Under the pieces are notes generated by a model, which saw only the letters and a program-made list of their open reading frames with translations, did not search any database and was not told where the DNA came from. Made by a program: the position numbers and the translations under genes. DNA of 64,000 nucleotides from Octopus sinensis (taxonomy: Eukaryota): NCBI RefSeq assembly GCF_006345805.1, contig NC_043000.1, positions 96,906,001 to 96,970,000 of the forward strand, given 5' to 3'. Numbering within the stretch: position 1 is the stretch's first letter; every line of letters begins with the position of its first letter. Of this stretch, positions 27,775 through 40,004 are shown one piece after another.

Positions 27775-28117
27775 CTTGCACAAGGCATTTAAATACCGAT
27801 CAGCCTGAAGGCCTTGTTGCTGCCTGTCATGTCAAGGACGACCAGCCCACCTACAGGGTCCACAAAGACTGTGGTTGTCTGCAGAGCCAAGCCTTTTCAG
27901 ACCAGGACTACTACACCTTTCGACCTCCGGTCTGGCCAGGAGACATGATTTTCTCATAGCCATTCAGGAGAGCCGAGAAGGTTTGTAGCCTCTCCAGTTT
28001 GGTCTCTGTAGCAACCATCACATCTATATCATGTGATCTAAGGTCGTTGATGAAACATGCTTGCTTCCACTTCGAGCTTAGACCACACACATTTAAGGGA
28101 AGCAAGCTTCTTACCAT
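27775..28117 (-). mobile_element. L1/Tx1-like LINE apurinic endonuclease fragment
   Basis: LNVCGLSSKWKQACFINDLRSHDIDVMVATETKL, followed after a frameshift by GGVVVLV-like and DPVGRLVVLD-like segments. Confidence 0.75.
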
Positions 28118-28379
28118 ACATCCACTCCTGTGCCTGTTTATATTCTCTATCTGAATTAAATGTCTTCTTCGAATGATGCCAAATGCTTTGCTTTCCCATT
28201 TTTCACTCTAATCTATATCTTCCATCTCAAAGAGAAATCACTTCTAACCGCCTGTGATAGGCAGTCTTAACATAACTCTTTCAGTTGCAGTTCAAGCCGA
28301 GTTTTAGTGGTAAACCAAACTGAGTCCTCGGAGAACATACCTATTACATTACGTCAGTTGACGAAAACGCCTTATATAT

Positions 28380-28422
<43 letters not shown>

Positions 28423-28989
28423 AAATTATTATAATCTCTGCTGCTGGTGAAGACGCAGTGCGTGCGCGAGTGAGTTTACGTTTATGTGCGTGAATTTTTT
28501 CATAATCTATCAATAAACATCGTTTCTCACTTACAGAAAATTTTAAAACCGCTTTTATTGGTTTCTGTTTTCATTCTTTATATCTTCCATTCGCATTTAT
28601 TTCCATGCATATCTGTAGGAAGAATTTGCCGGAGCTCTAGAGCAATTGATTAGTGTGGCGATTATTCGCGTCTATGTATATCGTATCTAATTATGTATTT
28701 ATCGGATATTTGATATGTATGGAATACAATATCAGTCTAACATATCAATGATGTTTATAAAGATATAAATCAGACTGCTTATTTACATTAGTATCGTCTA
28801 TATTTTGCATATACACCAACACACGTATAAACTTCTACAAGTCTTCGATTACGAACGTTTTTGTGTAATCATGTATGTGCGTATGCAAATTTATTGTAAG
28901 CGTTATATTGACGTATATCACGGTGTTTTAAATAACATCAACACACACACACACATACACACACACACACACACACACATACACACACA

Positions 28990-29028
<39 letters not shown>

Positions 29029-29097
29029 TGCGTATATGAGTGTGTGGATGTGTGTGTGTATTAATGTTTTTTTTTCTTATGTCTAATTATAATCCTT

Positions 29098-29270
29098 CTT
29101 ATAGGCACAAGGCCTGTGATTTTGGTGGGATGAAGCTGGAACTCATGCAATCGACCTCCAAAGGATGAAAAGTAAAGTTGACCTTGACGGAATTTGAACT
29201 CATAAGACGGACAAAGTGATGTAAGCATTTTCTCCGAGGTGCAAACGATTCTGCCACCTCCTTGTCTTAC
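29098..29270 (-). mobile_element. SINE family S2, older monomer
   Basis: Degenerate head, B box and CTTTTCATCCTTT core. Confidence 0.75.
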
Positions 29271-30282
29271 GTCCAGCCGTAATGAAAAACAATTTTACAT
29301 TAAACTACAGGATTTAAAGAATGCTTTCTGTAGAATATGTATTTATTATACTTTTCCAACAAAAGTAATAAAAGTGACTTCGAAGTTGCGGCCCCGTAAC
29401 GTAAACGGTAATGTGCCAAAACTCGATGTGACTATCACCACCCATCTCTCGTAAGTGTACAATGTGTGTGCGTGTGTATGTAATAAAATATATATAAATG
29501 CATACGCACACACTCACAGACACAGATAGCTACACAGGTAAATATACATACATACATGCATGCATACATACATACATACATACATACATACATACATACA
29601 TACATACATACATGCTACATAACATGCGATGTGAACATTATATGTGATGTTCAAGCAATCCATTGACGATGTTCGTCATTTTTTCAATCTACTGAAAAAT
29701 TATTAGTTTTAAGGTGGCGCTCAAGCATGGCCGCGGCCAAATACGAACTCGTAAAAGAGTAAAAGAATATATATATATCTATAGTATATATATATATATA
29801 TATATACATACACACACATACATTCATACATACATACTTACATACATACATTCAGACACCCACGTGCACTCGTATGGATGGATGCAAGAATGGATGGATA
29901 GGCAAAGACTTTAAGTGCGTATTAATCACCGCCAACACCGATACCAATGCAACGTTCTAATGAATCTACAGTCAAGACATGCAACGCATCTTGGACATAT
30001 CCATTTCCTATTTTAATGGGTACTCTGTGTATTAACAACTAATCCTCAGTAAGGAGTGGTGAAATGCGCTCTGTAATTAACAAGTGTTATATTAGCGTGC
30101 AGTAACTAAGTTCATGTGCACTCTGCCCCTCCGCTCATTGTAATCTTGTATAGTCAATGAGTAAACATTCCATTGAACTAAACAGCATGAACGTCTTGTA
30201 ATCAATGGGATTAGCGGGTGTTCGATCCCTTCGTGATGACTTTCAGTGATATAAAATAATAATAGTTGTCGTATTAGAAGGA

Positions 30283-30283
30283 A

Positions 30284-30317
<34 letters not shown>

Positions 30318-30860
30318 TGTTGTTGTTGTTGTTGTAGTAGCAGCAGCAAGAGGAGGAAGAGAAAATGGGGGAGGAGGAAGAGGAAGAGAAGGAAGTGGAA
30401 GAGGAGGAGGAGGAGGAGGAGGAGGAAGTCGAAGAAGAAGCAGAAGAGAAAGGGGAAGAAGAAGAAAAAGAGAAATAAGAAGAGGAATAAGAAGAGGAAT
30501 CAGAAGAGGAATCAGAAGAGGAATCAGAAGAGGAATCAGAAGAGGAATCAGAAGAGCAATAAGAAGAGGAATCAGAAGAGGAAGCGGATGAAGAAGATGA
30601 GGAGGGAGATGAGAAGGAGGAGAAGAAAGAGGGGGATACGAAACAGTAGTAATAGTAGCAGCAACTGCAGATGACGACGACGACAAAGAAGATGAAAAAG
30701 AAAGAGGAGGAAGCGGAAGAGCAAAAGGAGGAATAGGCGAAGGAGTATACAAAATAGTAGTAATAGTGAGAGGAAACGAGGAAGTGGAGGAGGAGGGGAT
30801 TAACAAAAATCAAAGAACAAGAACAACGACAACATTAAGAACAGCTGCAGTTGCAACAAC
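30283..30860. repeat. Purine-rich compound low-complexity tract including a 12-bp minisatellite (CAGAAGAGGAAT) x ~9 at 30476-30583
   Basis: Directly visible; the plus-strand ESEE frame contains TAA stops. Confidence 0.9.
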
Positions 30861-31869
30861 AGAAACAACAATACCGGGAGCTGCCAAATGCTCTCCAGAC
30901 CTGCTAGAAATGAGAATCAAATCTTCTCCATTTTGTGTTTTTTTTTCTTTGTTTTTCTTTTTTTTTTTTTGTAGGAAAAAGAAGGCTACAAATTTATGTT
31001 GTAGTCCTAGATACATTGTGCTAAAGTGATAAACAGCATAAAGGAAAGATTAAAGAAGCAATTGTCCCGGCTGGAATTTGTAAGATCATAAGTTCTCTGG
31101 AGTGATTTGTTGACCTGGTACAAAGCAACGGGAATAAGCTTTAACAGCAGCAGCAACATCAGTACCATAAACAACAGCAATAACAGCAGCAGCAGTAGCA
31201 GCAGTAGTAGCATCAACAACAACAGCAATAACAAGAGCAACAACAACAAAAACAGCAATGAAGCTATCAAATCAGTCAAGAGCATGTATTATTTAAGCTG
31301 GAGTCTAGTGCTAGTTAATTGAAATGTCGCATGGATGAACTCGCCTGCTTTTATCAAAAATAATAATAATAAAAATAAATAAATATAAGTATGAGTAAAT
31401 AAGTAAATAAAATAAATACATAAATAAAAACTAAACAGGAAAAAACAAACAAATGAATAATTAGATAAACCAATAAAGAACTAAATGAAGGATTTTCTGT
31501 TTTTTTTGATAAACGACCCACTTGGCTTTTGTTATTTTAAACCAATCAGAAAAAGCAAGCGACTTATCCAATAATTCCATTAGTCTAGTTGATAGATAAC
31601 AAAAAAAAACAAAAGAAAAAGGAAAGAAAGAAAGAAAAAAAGAAAGAAAGGAAAAAAGAGAAAAGAGAGAGAGAGAAAGAAAAGAAAGAAACACGGATAT
31701 CGTGTTGGAACCGTCTGATGTTAATTGCTCAATCCATTCTGATTCCGATTTTAGTTCATTCAATTATACAAAGATCTGAGAGCTGAAGTTAACAACACAA
31801 CAATAACAACATCTATAATGCATAAAAGATGGTGAATTGATTTGTGCGTTGTTAGTTTGTCGTTGTGTT

Positions 31870-31953
31870 TGTTGGTGTTGCTTGTTTAACCCCCAGTTTA
31901 ACCTTGAATGAGCAGACGACTCACGATCAAATTTATTTGTCTTGACCACCCTG

Positions 31954-32025
<72 letters not shown>

Positions 32026-32165
32026 TTATATATTTCCTACAGGCATTCTATGTCTAAATACATTATCTAATGTCTTTCACATTTTGAAAGACAGATTTGT
32101 GGCATATTTGTTTAGCTGTTGTTTCTAGCATGTCGAGCGACCGCTTACAGACTCCCTAGTTGGTG
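31870..32165 (+). repeat. Old dispersed repeat (also at ~6725-6830, 46385-46700, 61790-61985, 62505-62710); this copy carries a (TA)n insertion
   Basis: Shared degenerate motifs GTTGCTTGTTTA...CAGAC and GAGATTT.GCT..T.TTTCTAGCA.GTCGAGCGACC...CTCCCT..GTTGG between copies. Confidence 0.55.
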
Positions 32166-32965
32166 AGCTTCGCTTTGTATGTGTGGAGGTGCACTGATTT
32201 GTAGTAGTGGCGGTATAGTGGTGATATTGGTAATACTGGTGTTGTTGGTATTGATGGTGGTGACGGTATTAGTAGTGGCGGTAGTGGAGGTGTGGGGAAT
32301 AAGGTTCTACTTTGTAAAGCCATAAAACCTTTTCCATTTTAAGACATGACAAACTTCTCTTAACTGAAAATTTTGATAGATAGATAGATAATAGATAGAT
32401 AGATAGATAGATAGATATAAATAGAATGCGAATGTGTGTGTGTGTATGTGTGTGTGTGGTGCAAGAAAGAGAGAGAAAAGAGTGAGAGAACGCTACAACA
32501 ATAACGTTTATGTGATTAGAGTGTTCGACTTCAACGAGTAAAAAGATCATGCTTGCTTAAATTTAGCTTCAGCCAACGAAAGCAGTATTGGCTTATGTTC
32601 TTTAAGATGAAATTTCACTGAGATATTCTTCGGATCAATCAAAATATTTTAATAACCAAAATAGTACTCACGAAAGATCGAGACAATATGCTGCGCTCAC
32701 CTTCTTTTTCATCTTTCTTTTATTTGCCTTTTATTTCTTTCTTTAAATATGTCTACCATAAATAGCTTAGATGCTATTAACGACATAAGGAGGTGGCAGG
32801 TAAAAAATAGCATGAAAGGTGGAATTTGCCAGAATTGTTCGAATCGCCAGCAGACTAAATATATTCATTTTTTATCTTTAATCTTATATCTTCTACTTAT
32901 TCCAGTCATTGGACTTTGGCCATACCAGGGCCAAAGTTGATCAGATAGACCCTAGTACTTAGCTG

Positions 32966-33201
32966 GGAGGCGCAATGGCCCAGTGGTTAGGGCAGCGGAC
33001 TCGCGGTTTCGAGTCCCAGACCGGGCGTTGTGAGTGTTTATTGAGCGAAAACACCTAAAAGCTCCACGAGGCTCAGGCAGGGGATGGTGGTGATCCCTGC
33101 TGTACTCTTTCACCACAACTTTCTCTCATTCTTACTTCCTGTTTCTGTTGTACCTGTATTTCAAGGGGCCGGCCTTGTCACTCTCTGTGTCACGCTGAAT
33201 T
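32966..33201 (+). mobile_element. tRNA-derived SINE family S3 (GGCGCAATGGCCCAGTGGTTAGGGCAGCGGACTCG...)
   Basis: A box TGGCCCAGTGG and B-box-like GGTTTCGAGTCCC; matches the copies at 43588 and 62296. Confidence 0.9.
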
Positions 33202-34702
33202 TACCTTGTATTGCTTCAATATTTCATTAGGAATATTTATCATGAAATAAGCATACTACATACAGTTGGTTAGACTACGTGATATGTTACATAACGTCCA
33301 ACTCATCAGGCTACCAAATAAACAAGTGAGCATTGACTTGGTGATTAAACAAAAGATCAACAACAAATGAAATTTCTAATAAGAATAGCCTACACTTAAG
33401 AAATTTAAGGCAGGTGTGTCATTACCCTGCTAATCTAAAGGAGTGAACGATGGATAGTGGAATAAGGTTGTAAATATTTATTTATATATACACAGTTACA
33501 GGTATTAATATCCTACAGAATTCATAAAGTGTTTTTACGCTACTCCTAAGTTTCCATTCATCGTTGGATAATTTTTGATACTTTTGAATTCTATTGGATT
33601 TGTGAATTACCTAACCGTGAAGACCTATCCCCTATTCATTTTGTGGTAAGCTAATGTATTATTTAACTCTTTTTTGTTTTGTTGTTGTTTTTTCTTGCTT
33701 TATTCTGTTTACTCTCTATGTGGTGTACTTCACTTAGATATACTTTGTTCTTTTATGGATCCTATTTAATTAAATATGTGTGTGTGAGTCTGTGTGTATA
33801 CACATATTTATACACATGCATACATACATACATATATTCTCGAACGTATACACACAAATGCACACACAAATATTTTATTGTTTCGCTTAGGCATAGCGAT
33901 ACTGATTTACTGGTGTTAGAACTCAAGATGTTCTGAAGCATATCTATATTAAGTTCTATACACAGAGAACTCAATATAAAAATAGCGGAAACGCTATCTG
34001 AAAGAAAACGCATTTGGGACTAGTGTTTTGATTTGCATATGGTAAGCATATGGTGCATGTCATTTATTGTTGTTTCCTCTATAAGTTCAGAAGACACCTC
34101 TTATATTTTCTTATTTTATTTATTTACTTTGCTTTCAAGCAACGTAAAGATTGCCTTCTTTTCCAACTGCAATAACACTAGTATCTGTTTGAAGTGCAAG
34201 CTCTCCCACAGCACTCTCGTTGTTAGCTTAATAATTCGATCAGATTCTAGTGTTTTCAATTCTACACTGGACCGACTGTATCTTGGAAGGACATATACGT
34301 GGATCTATATCTTTTAAGGAATAATTATCGACAACTTTAGTATTAACAGCATCCACGAATTAATTGTCATTCTGCTGAAACTGGGCTGCAAACATGTTAA
34401 CCCGTAACATCATTACTTGAAATGATCTCATAGTACTTTTGTTGACTGTGTTGAATATTTGCATCCTCCGATCCAATTGATCAAATATATTGTAAGTGTG
34501 TATTTCAGCAAATTCTGGCTAGTGCTTCTCAGAGTAGATATAATAGGAAGCTAATTGATTAAATACGCAACCACAGGTTTTTATGGGTATAAATATCAAT
34601 ATTAAAATAACCCACCTTGATGTTTTTATAGATGCAAAAACTTCATCATAGAATATTTAGCATCCATACACATGACACAATTTGCTTGTATTACGGTCCT
34701 CA

Positions 34703-34983
34703 TCTTTTACTTGTTTCTGTCATTAGACTGCAGCCATGCTGGAACACCGCATTAAAGAATTTTAGTCGAATGACTCGATCCCAGTACCCTTTTTTAAGGC
34801 CTAGTACTTACTCTGTTGATTTCTTTTGCTGAACCGCTATGTTACGGGGACACAGACACAACACCAGCGGTGGTGGGGGGACAAATAAAAACACGCACGC
34901 ACACACGCACACACACACACATATTCACACATACACACACACACGTACACTAGTGCGTGCACGTACAAACATATGTATATATA

Positions 34984-35040
<57 letters not shown>

Positions 35041-35086
35041 AAAAGTTTGATTCATCTCCATATATGAAGCCTAGGAAACTTGAAAC

Positions 35087-35124
<38 letters not shown>

Positions 35125-35300
35125 ACACACCACACACACACACACGCACACTCACACACACATATATACGATGGACTTCCTTCAGTTTCTATCTACCGAA
35201 TCCACTCACGGGGCTTTGGTAAGCCCAAGGTGACAGTACGAGACACCTGTCTAAGATACCACACAGGGGGGACTGACCTCGGAAACATGTGTTTGGGAAA
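34703..35300 (-). mobile_element. SINE family S1 with expanded internal microsatellites
   Basis: Tail at 34703-34880, body and head at 35165-35300. Confidence 0.8.
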
Positions 35301-35906
35301 CACACCCACGCAAATCTATTGTCTTAAGATTTGAAACAATCAGAGTTGCTTGGCCTATTCTATGAAAATTAGTCACTTCAACCTTGTTCAAAAAGCCTGC
35401 AGGTACTATGCAGTTGGCTTTGTAAACTTCTGCTTCGTTAGTTTATATTTTAGTTATATCTGATATGTAACCAATCTGTAATTTCACATTCCCCACCAGC
35501 AACCCTTCTTCTTATGATATATTTTTCGTTATTCCAACATATACTCCTGAATTTTCAAGCTACATTGGGTTTATGTCAGTCCTTTTGTACAAGGTATATT
35601 TTCACTGGTAAGCATTATTGCATTGTCACATTGTAATGCGTTGTATTTGTAATATATTGACAGAAATGTGTAAAAATGATACGGAGAAAGTAAGCAAAAC
35701 AGACTATCGATGCTAAGCCGAAGAGTATATCTAGCGGAAGAGTTAACAACGAAACTGAAAAGAGAAACTTGAAATAAGAATATGTTCATGTGTTTGTGCT
35801 TTTATGTGCATGTAAAAGACAATTAATGAAATATGTTTATTCCCCATCAAACATAAACACTGACTCGCGAGCACACACATGTATACACACATACAGACAC
35901 ACACAC

Positions 35907-35945
<39 letters not shown>

Positions 35946-35967
35946 AACGTATCTATATATATGTATG

Positions 35968-36000
<33 letters not shown>

Positions 36001-37258
36001 ATATTAACACATATATATATATATATGCTACACACACACACAATATATATACATCACACACACCACACACACACACACCACACATATATATCTAATATAT
36101 ATATATATATATATATATGTATACATATATATATACATATATATATATATATGCATATATATATATAATATATATATATCTATATATATATATATATATA
36201 ATATATATATGCATATATATGTATGTATGTTTGTATACGATATGTACATACGTGTGAATTTATATGGAAAATAAACGGATAAAAAAAGCACCAGAAATGT
36301 GAAAATATTGAATGAAAAATATTATGAAACAGATAGCAATGTAAAATGCAATATAGGAAACTGATATTTACAATTGAACCTTTTAAAACTGTAAAGTGTT
36401 GGTGTGAAGAAGTGCATAAAAGTGAAAAATGTTTGCGTTAACAATTGCAAACAATTTATAAATAGAAAGCTGAAAGTTAAAGTTTGAAAACTCGCGTCAT
36501 TGATGAATGTAACATGTATGTATGTATGTATGTATGTATGTATGTATGTATGTATGTATGTATGTATGTATGTATGTATGTATGTATATGTATGAAACAA
36601 TGCCTATATAGTTACGTATATATAAAACATCGTATGTAAAACCTCCATCTCAGAAATAACCGAGTCGGTACGTTATTGGAAACCGCTTTACATACATACA
36701 CAAATACATACATACATATATATACACACATACATGCATACATACATACATACATGCATACATATTTACATACATACATGCATACACATTTACATACATA
36801 CATACGTACGTACATACATACATACATACATACATACATACATACATACATACATACATACATACATACATACATACATACACATACATACACATACATA
36901 TATACATATGCATGATGTATAGGGATAGGGTGTATATGTATAAATATAATATAAACACACACATATGAAGAACCATTTTAGATATTATTCAAGAAACGCT
37001 GAAGGTAAATATCGAAGCCAATGAATTTGCAATTGAGAAGTTGGAAACGCTGTATGAATTACATTGAAAACGAAGGAAAACTTAGATGGGGAAATTGAGA
37101 ATGAAAAGTTGAAATAAGAAATATGATAGGAGCATATCTGAAAAATATGTAGATATGATAAATTACTAGAAACATAGAAGTGTGATGTATGTATGTATTA
37201 ATGACCAGGTTGCAATTGGTGCGACGAAGATTTAGACGGCAAACAATAAATGTATGAA

Positions 37259-37434
37259 TACAGTTCTATATTTAAGAGATGAAGATTTATGTGCATTATT
37301 TACATTCGACAGATATTTGTCCTCATTTTGTTTGTTGTTAACACAACGTTTCAGCTGATATACCCTCCAGCCTTCATCAGGTATCTTGGGGAAATTTCGA
37401 ACCTGGGTTCTCATTCCTAAGGTATTGTTCGAGG

Positions 37435-37465
<31 letters not shown>

Positions 37466-37541
37466 CATTATTATTATTGTTGTTGTTGTTGTTGTTGTTC
37501 AGGTCACTGCCTGGAATCGAACTAGGAATCTTGGGGTTAGT
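37259..37541 (-). mobile_element. Short element: Pol III B-box head remnant, microsatellite linker, hammerhead-bearing tail
   Basis: Minus strand: ...CCCCAAGATTCCTAGTTCGATTCCAGGCAGTGACCTGAA (B box GTTCGATTCC at 37522-37513), (AAC/AAT/GAT)n, then the tail. A second, inverted copy of the tail lies at 38079-38210. Confidence 0.7.
37340..37385 (-). ncRNA. Type I hammerhead ribozyme motif (minimal, Penelope-pLTR style)
   Basis: GAUAC-CUGAUGA-A-GGCUG-gaggguauau-CAGCU-GAAA-CGUU-GUGUU: intact core, 5-bp stem II, palindromic ACGU stem III, GUU cleavage triplet, stem I GAUAC/GUGUU with wobbles. Confidence 0.7.
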
Positions 37542-37586
37542 GACCTCAATAATAATAATAATAATAATATAATAATAATAATAATA

Positions 37587-38054
37587 GTCTTGGTATAAAA
37601 GATGGCTACAGCAAATATTCTGCTCAATACCACAGATTGCTTGTCAGTTGTTTGACCTTAACCAGTTGAGCATGTCCCTTAGTGCTGACGATATGTGCAT
37701 CTCTGATCACGAGCAGAAGTAGTGGGGAGCATCATAGCCATGCGTTGAGAAGGATTGCTTGGGGTTTGAATAGTTCACCTCTGGAAACATGGGTGGTTGT
37801 TTCAACATCCTTAAACAACCCTATTCAGGGACCGTTGAGCGGGATGGGCTACTCAACCTGAAGAAAATTCTAACTGGGCCCCACCTGCAAGGTCATGTGC
37901 TGTTATCTTGATATGAGATCACCATGTCGCGCACATATGGTTGTGATGCATGTGCCTGGTGTACCTTTATCAGACGGGTAGTCATGATGGGTATATTGGG
38001 CTTCGTATATTTTACCCCAGTGTCACTTTGATGGCATGAACTGCTCTCTCACTC
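37587..38054 (+). mobile_element. ~470-bp insert flanked on both sides by (AAT)n; probable 3' end of a non-LTR retroelement
   Basis: Higher-GC non-repetitive block between (AAT)n at 37548-37586 and (AAT)n at 38055-38076; no ORF recognised. Confidence 0.45.
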
Positions 38055-38078
38055 AATAATAATAATAATAATAATAAC

Positions 38079-38210
38079 ATCAAACAATACATTAGGAATG
38101 AGAACCCAGGTTCGAAATTTCCCCAAGAAACCTGATGAAGGTTGGAGGGTATATCAGCCGAAACAAGATGAGGAAAAATATCCGTCAATTGTAAATAATG
38201 TAAATGATGT
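38079..38210 (+). mobile_element. Second (inverted) copy of the hammerhead-bearing tail; ribozyme broken by a deletion
   Basis: CTGATGA (38132-38138)-A-GGTTG-gagggtatat-CAGCC-GAAAC; an ~18-nt segment holding stem III and the 3' strand of stem I is lost between AAAC microhomologies. Confidence 0.8.
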
Positions 38211-38658
38211 GACTAAATGTTTTTGTGCGTTTTTGAACGGTTAATATGTATCTTCCAGTTATAATTGTTATATATACGTGTGTGTGTGTGTGAGGGGGGG
38301 GTCGAGTCCCATGCGTACGAGTCCCTACTTTTTCCATCGAGGTTTTATATGCATCAGTATTAGATTATTTACCTTAGTCAATGCACATTGATCGCTTATA
38401 AGCTTATATATTATTATTATGTGTGTGTGTGTGGTGTGTGTGTATTATATAATGACGGCCTTGACTAAAATGTGAACTACTTGAAGTTTTATGTTTGGAA
38501 AATGCAGTTTCTAGGAGCGCTGTTTAAGCGTACCGTATACTATTCGGCGATCGTTGAGGCTCGTATTACATGACTACTACAATAAAAGAACTACAATAAA
38601 AACGAGAAAAATCACGTGAAATAAGTTTCGGTTATTGTATTGGAAGATATCCCCTTAC

Positions 38659-38743
38659 ATAGTTGAACACTGTTTAACCTTTTTCCCGTTTTGATCACAC
38701 CTACAAGTGATAGGTTTGACATCCTCTAGATAATACTTGTTAC
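38659..38743 (-). CDS. Candidate internal coding exon (85 nt, phase 1-2), Cys-containing, product unidentified
   Basis: Acceptor AATGTGTTTTCTAG, donor ACTAT|GTAAGG; open frame (G)NKYYLEDVKPITCRCDQNGKKVKQCST. Confidence 0.33.
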
Positions 38744-39364
38744 CTAGAAAACACATTATACACTTAACATTAACAGCATTCTTCTTTTGGGGGTGAAAAA
38801 TGCATATCCCAACACCCATGAACAGAATTATCTCCATTGCGCTTAAAATTTTTCTTAATATTTTTTCTTAATTTTTTTTCTCGTTTGTATGACACGCTAC
38901 CACACCATTACCGTTTGCCAAATCACACACATACGTTATTCGGTCGAACCAGGTCTTTGGTAGAAGAAACAGGTCCTAAACTCCCGCGTATGAAATCAAA
39001 CAAGGAACACGTGATTTCTTACAAAGAAACAAATCACGTAATAAAGGCTTCCTTATAATTTTTGCCCTTTAAATCATAACAATGTATTCGTGCGTTTTGT
39101 CCATAAAGCAGCAGACATTTTCATGAGGCGCTTGTTTGTATTATTTGTTTCTCACAATGATGCACTCAAAGACACACTCATATATAGAAAGTAGACTTGA
39201 TTATTATTAAATTGCACGTAGTATAATATAACATACTAAAGTAAATTAAGTGGTAGCATATTTAATGCTTGTAGCATAATAAAACTTACAGAATATTTCT
39301 GTAAATTTTATGATGCTAATGTCATAATTATAATATTAGTCAGTTAGTAATACTGATTTCCAAT

Positions 39365-39922
39365 TTTGGCGCAAGGCCAGCAATTTAGGCGAGGGGATAA
39401 GTCGATTACATCGTCCCCAGTGCTGAACTGGTGCTCTATTTATCGACTCCGAAGGGATAAAAGCAAAGTCGACCTCGGCGGAATTTGAACTCAGAACGTA
39501 AAGACAGACGAAATACCTGTTTCTTTACAATCCACAAGGGGTTAAACACAGAAGGGACAAACAAGGACAGACAAACGTATTAAGTCGATTATATCGACTC
39601 CAGTGCGTAACTGCTACTTAATTTATCGACCCCGAAAGGATGAAAGCAAAGTCAACCTCGGCAGAATTTGAACTCAGAACGTAGCGGCAGACGAAATACC
39701 TATTTCTATACTACCCACAAGGGGCTAAACACAGAGAGAACAAACAAACGGATTAAGTCGATTACATCGACCCCAGTGCGTAGCTAGTACTTAATTTATC
39801 GACCCCTGAAGGATGAAAGGCAAAGTCGAACTCGGCGGAATTTGAACTCACAACGTAGCGGCAGACGAAATATCGCTAAGCATTTCGCCCGGCGTCGTAA
39901 CGTTTCTGCCAGCTCGCCGCCT
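39365..39922 (-). mobile_element. SINE family S2 tandem trimer (~183-bp period)
   Basis: Full head GGCGGCGAGCTGGCAGAAACG at 39922; junctions at 39517/39518 and 39700/39701. Confidence 0.9.
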
Positions 39923-39966
39923 TAGTCAGTGAGTAATATTAATGTAGTTTTACTGGCTATTGCGAG

Positions 39967-40004
<38 letters not shown>

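Noticed and set aside
29366-29450. Plus-strand exon candidates (29366-29450, 33551-33645, 48380-48448)
   Set aside because: They have AG/GT ends, but peptides are unrecognisable, phases do not chain, and the last has stops in all three frames.
30243-30813. Pro/Leu-rich and Ser-rich 180-aa ORFs and an ESEE repeat
   Set aside because: They derive from the purine-rich minisatellite; the acidic plus-strand frame has TAA stops and no splice context.
32966-33040. tRNA-like sequences (also 43588, 62400-62482, 14610)
   Set aside because: A and B boxes run into shared non-tRNA bodies and there is no complete cloverleaf; they are SINE heads.
39286-39304. 9-nt microexon between ACAG and GTAAGT
   Set aside because: It arises from an AT-rich near-palindrome (TTACAGAATATTTCTGTAA), with no other support.
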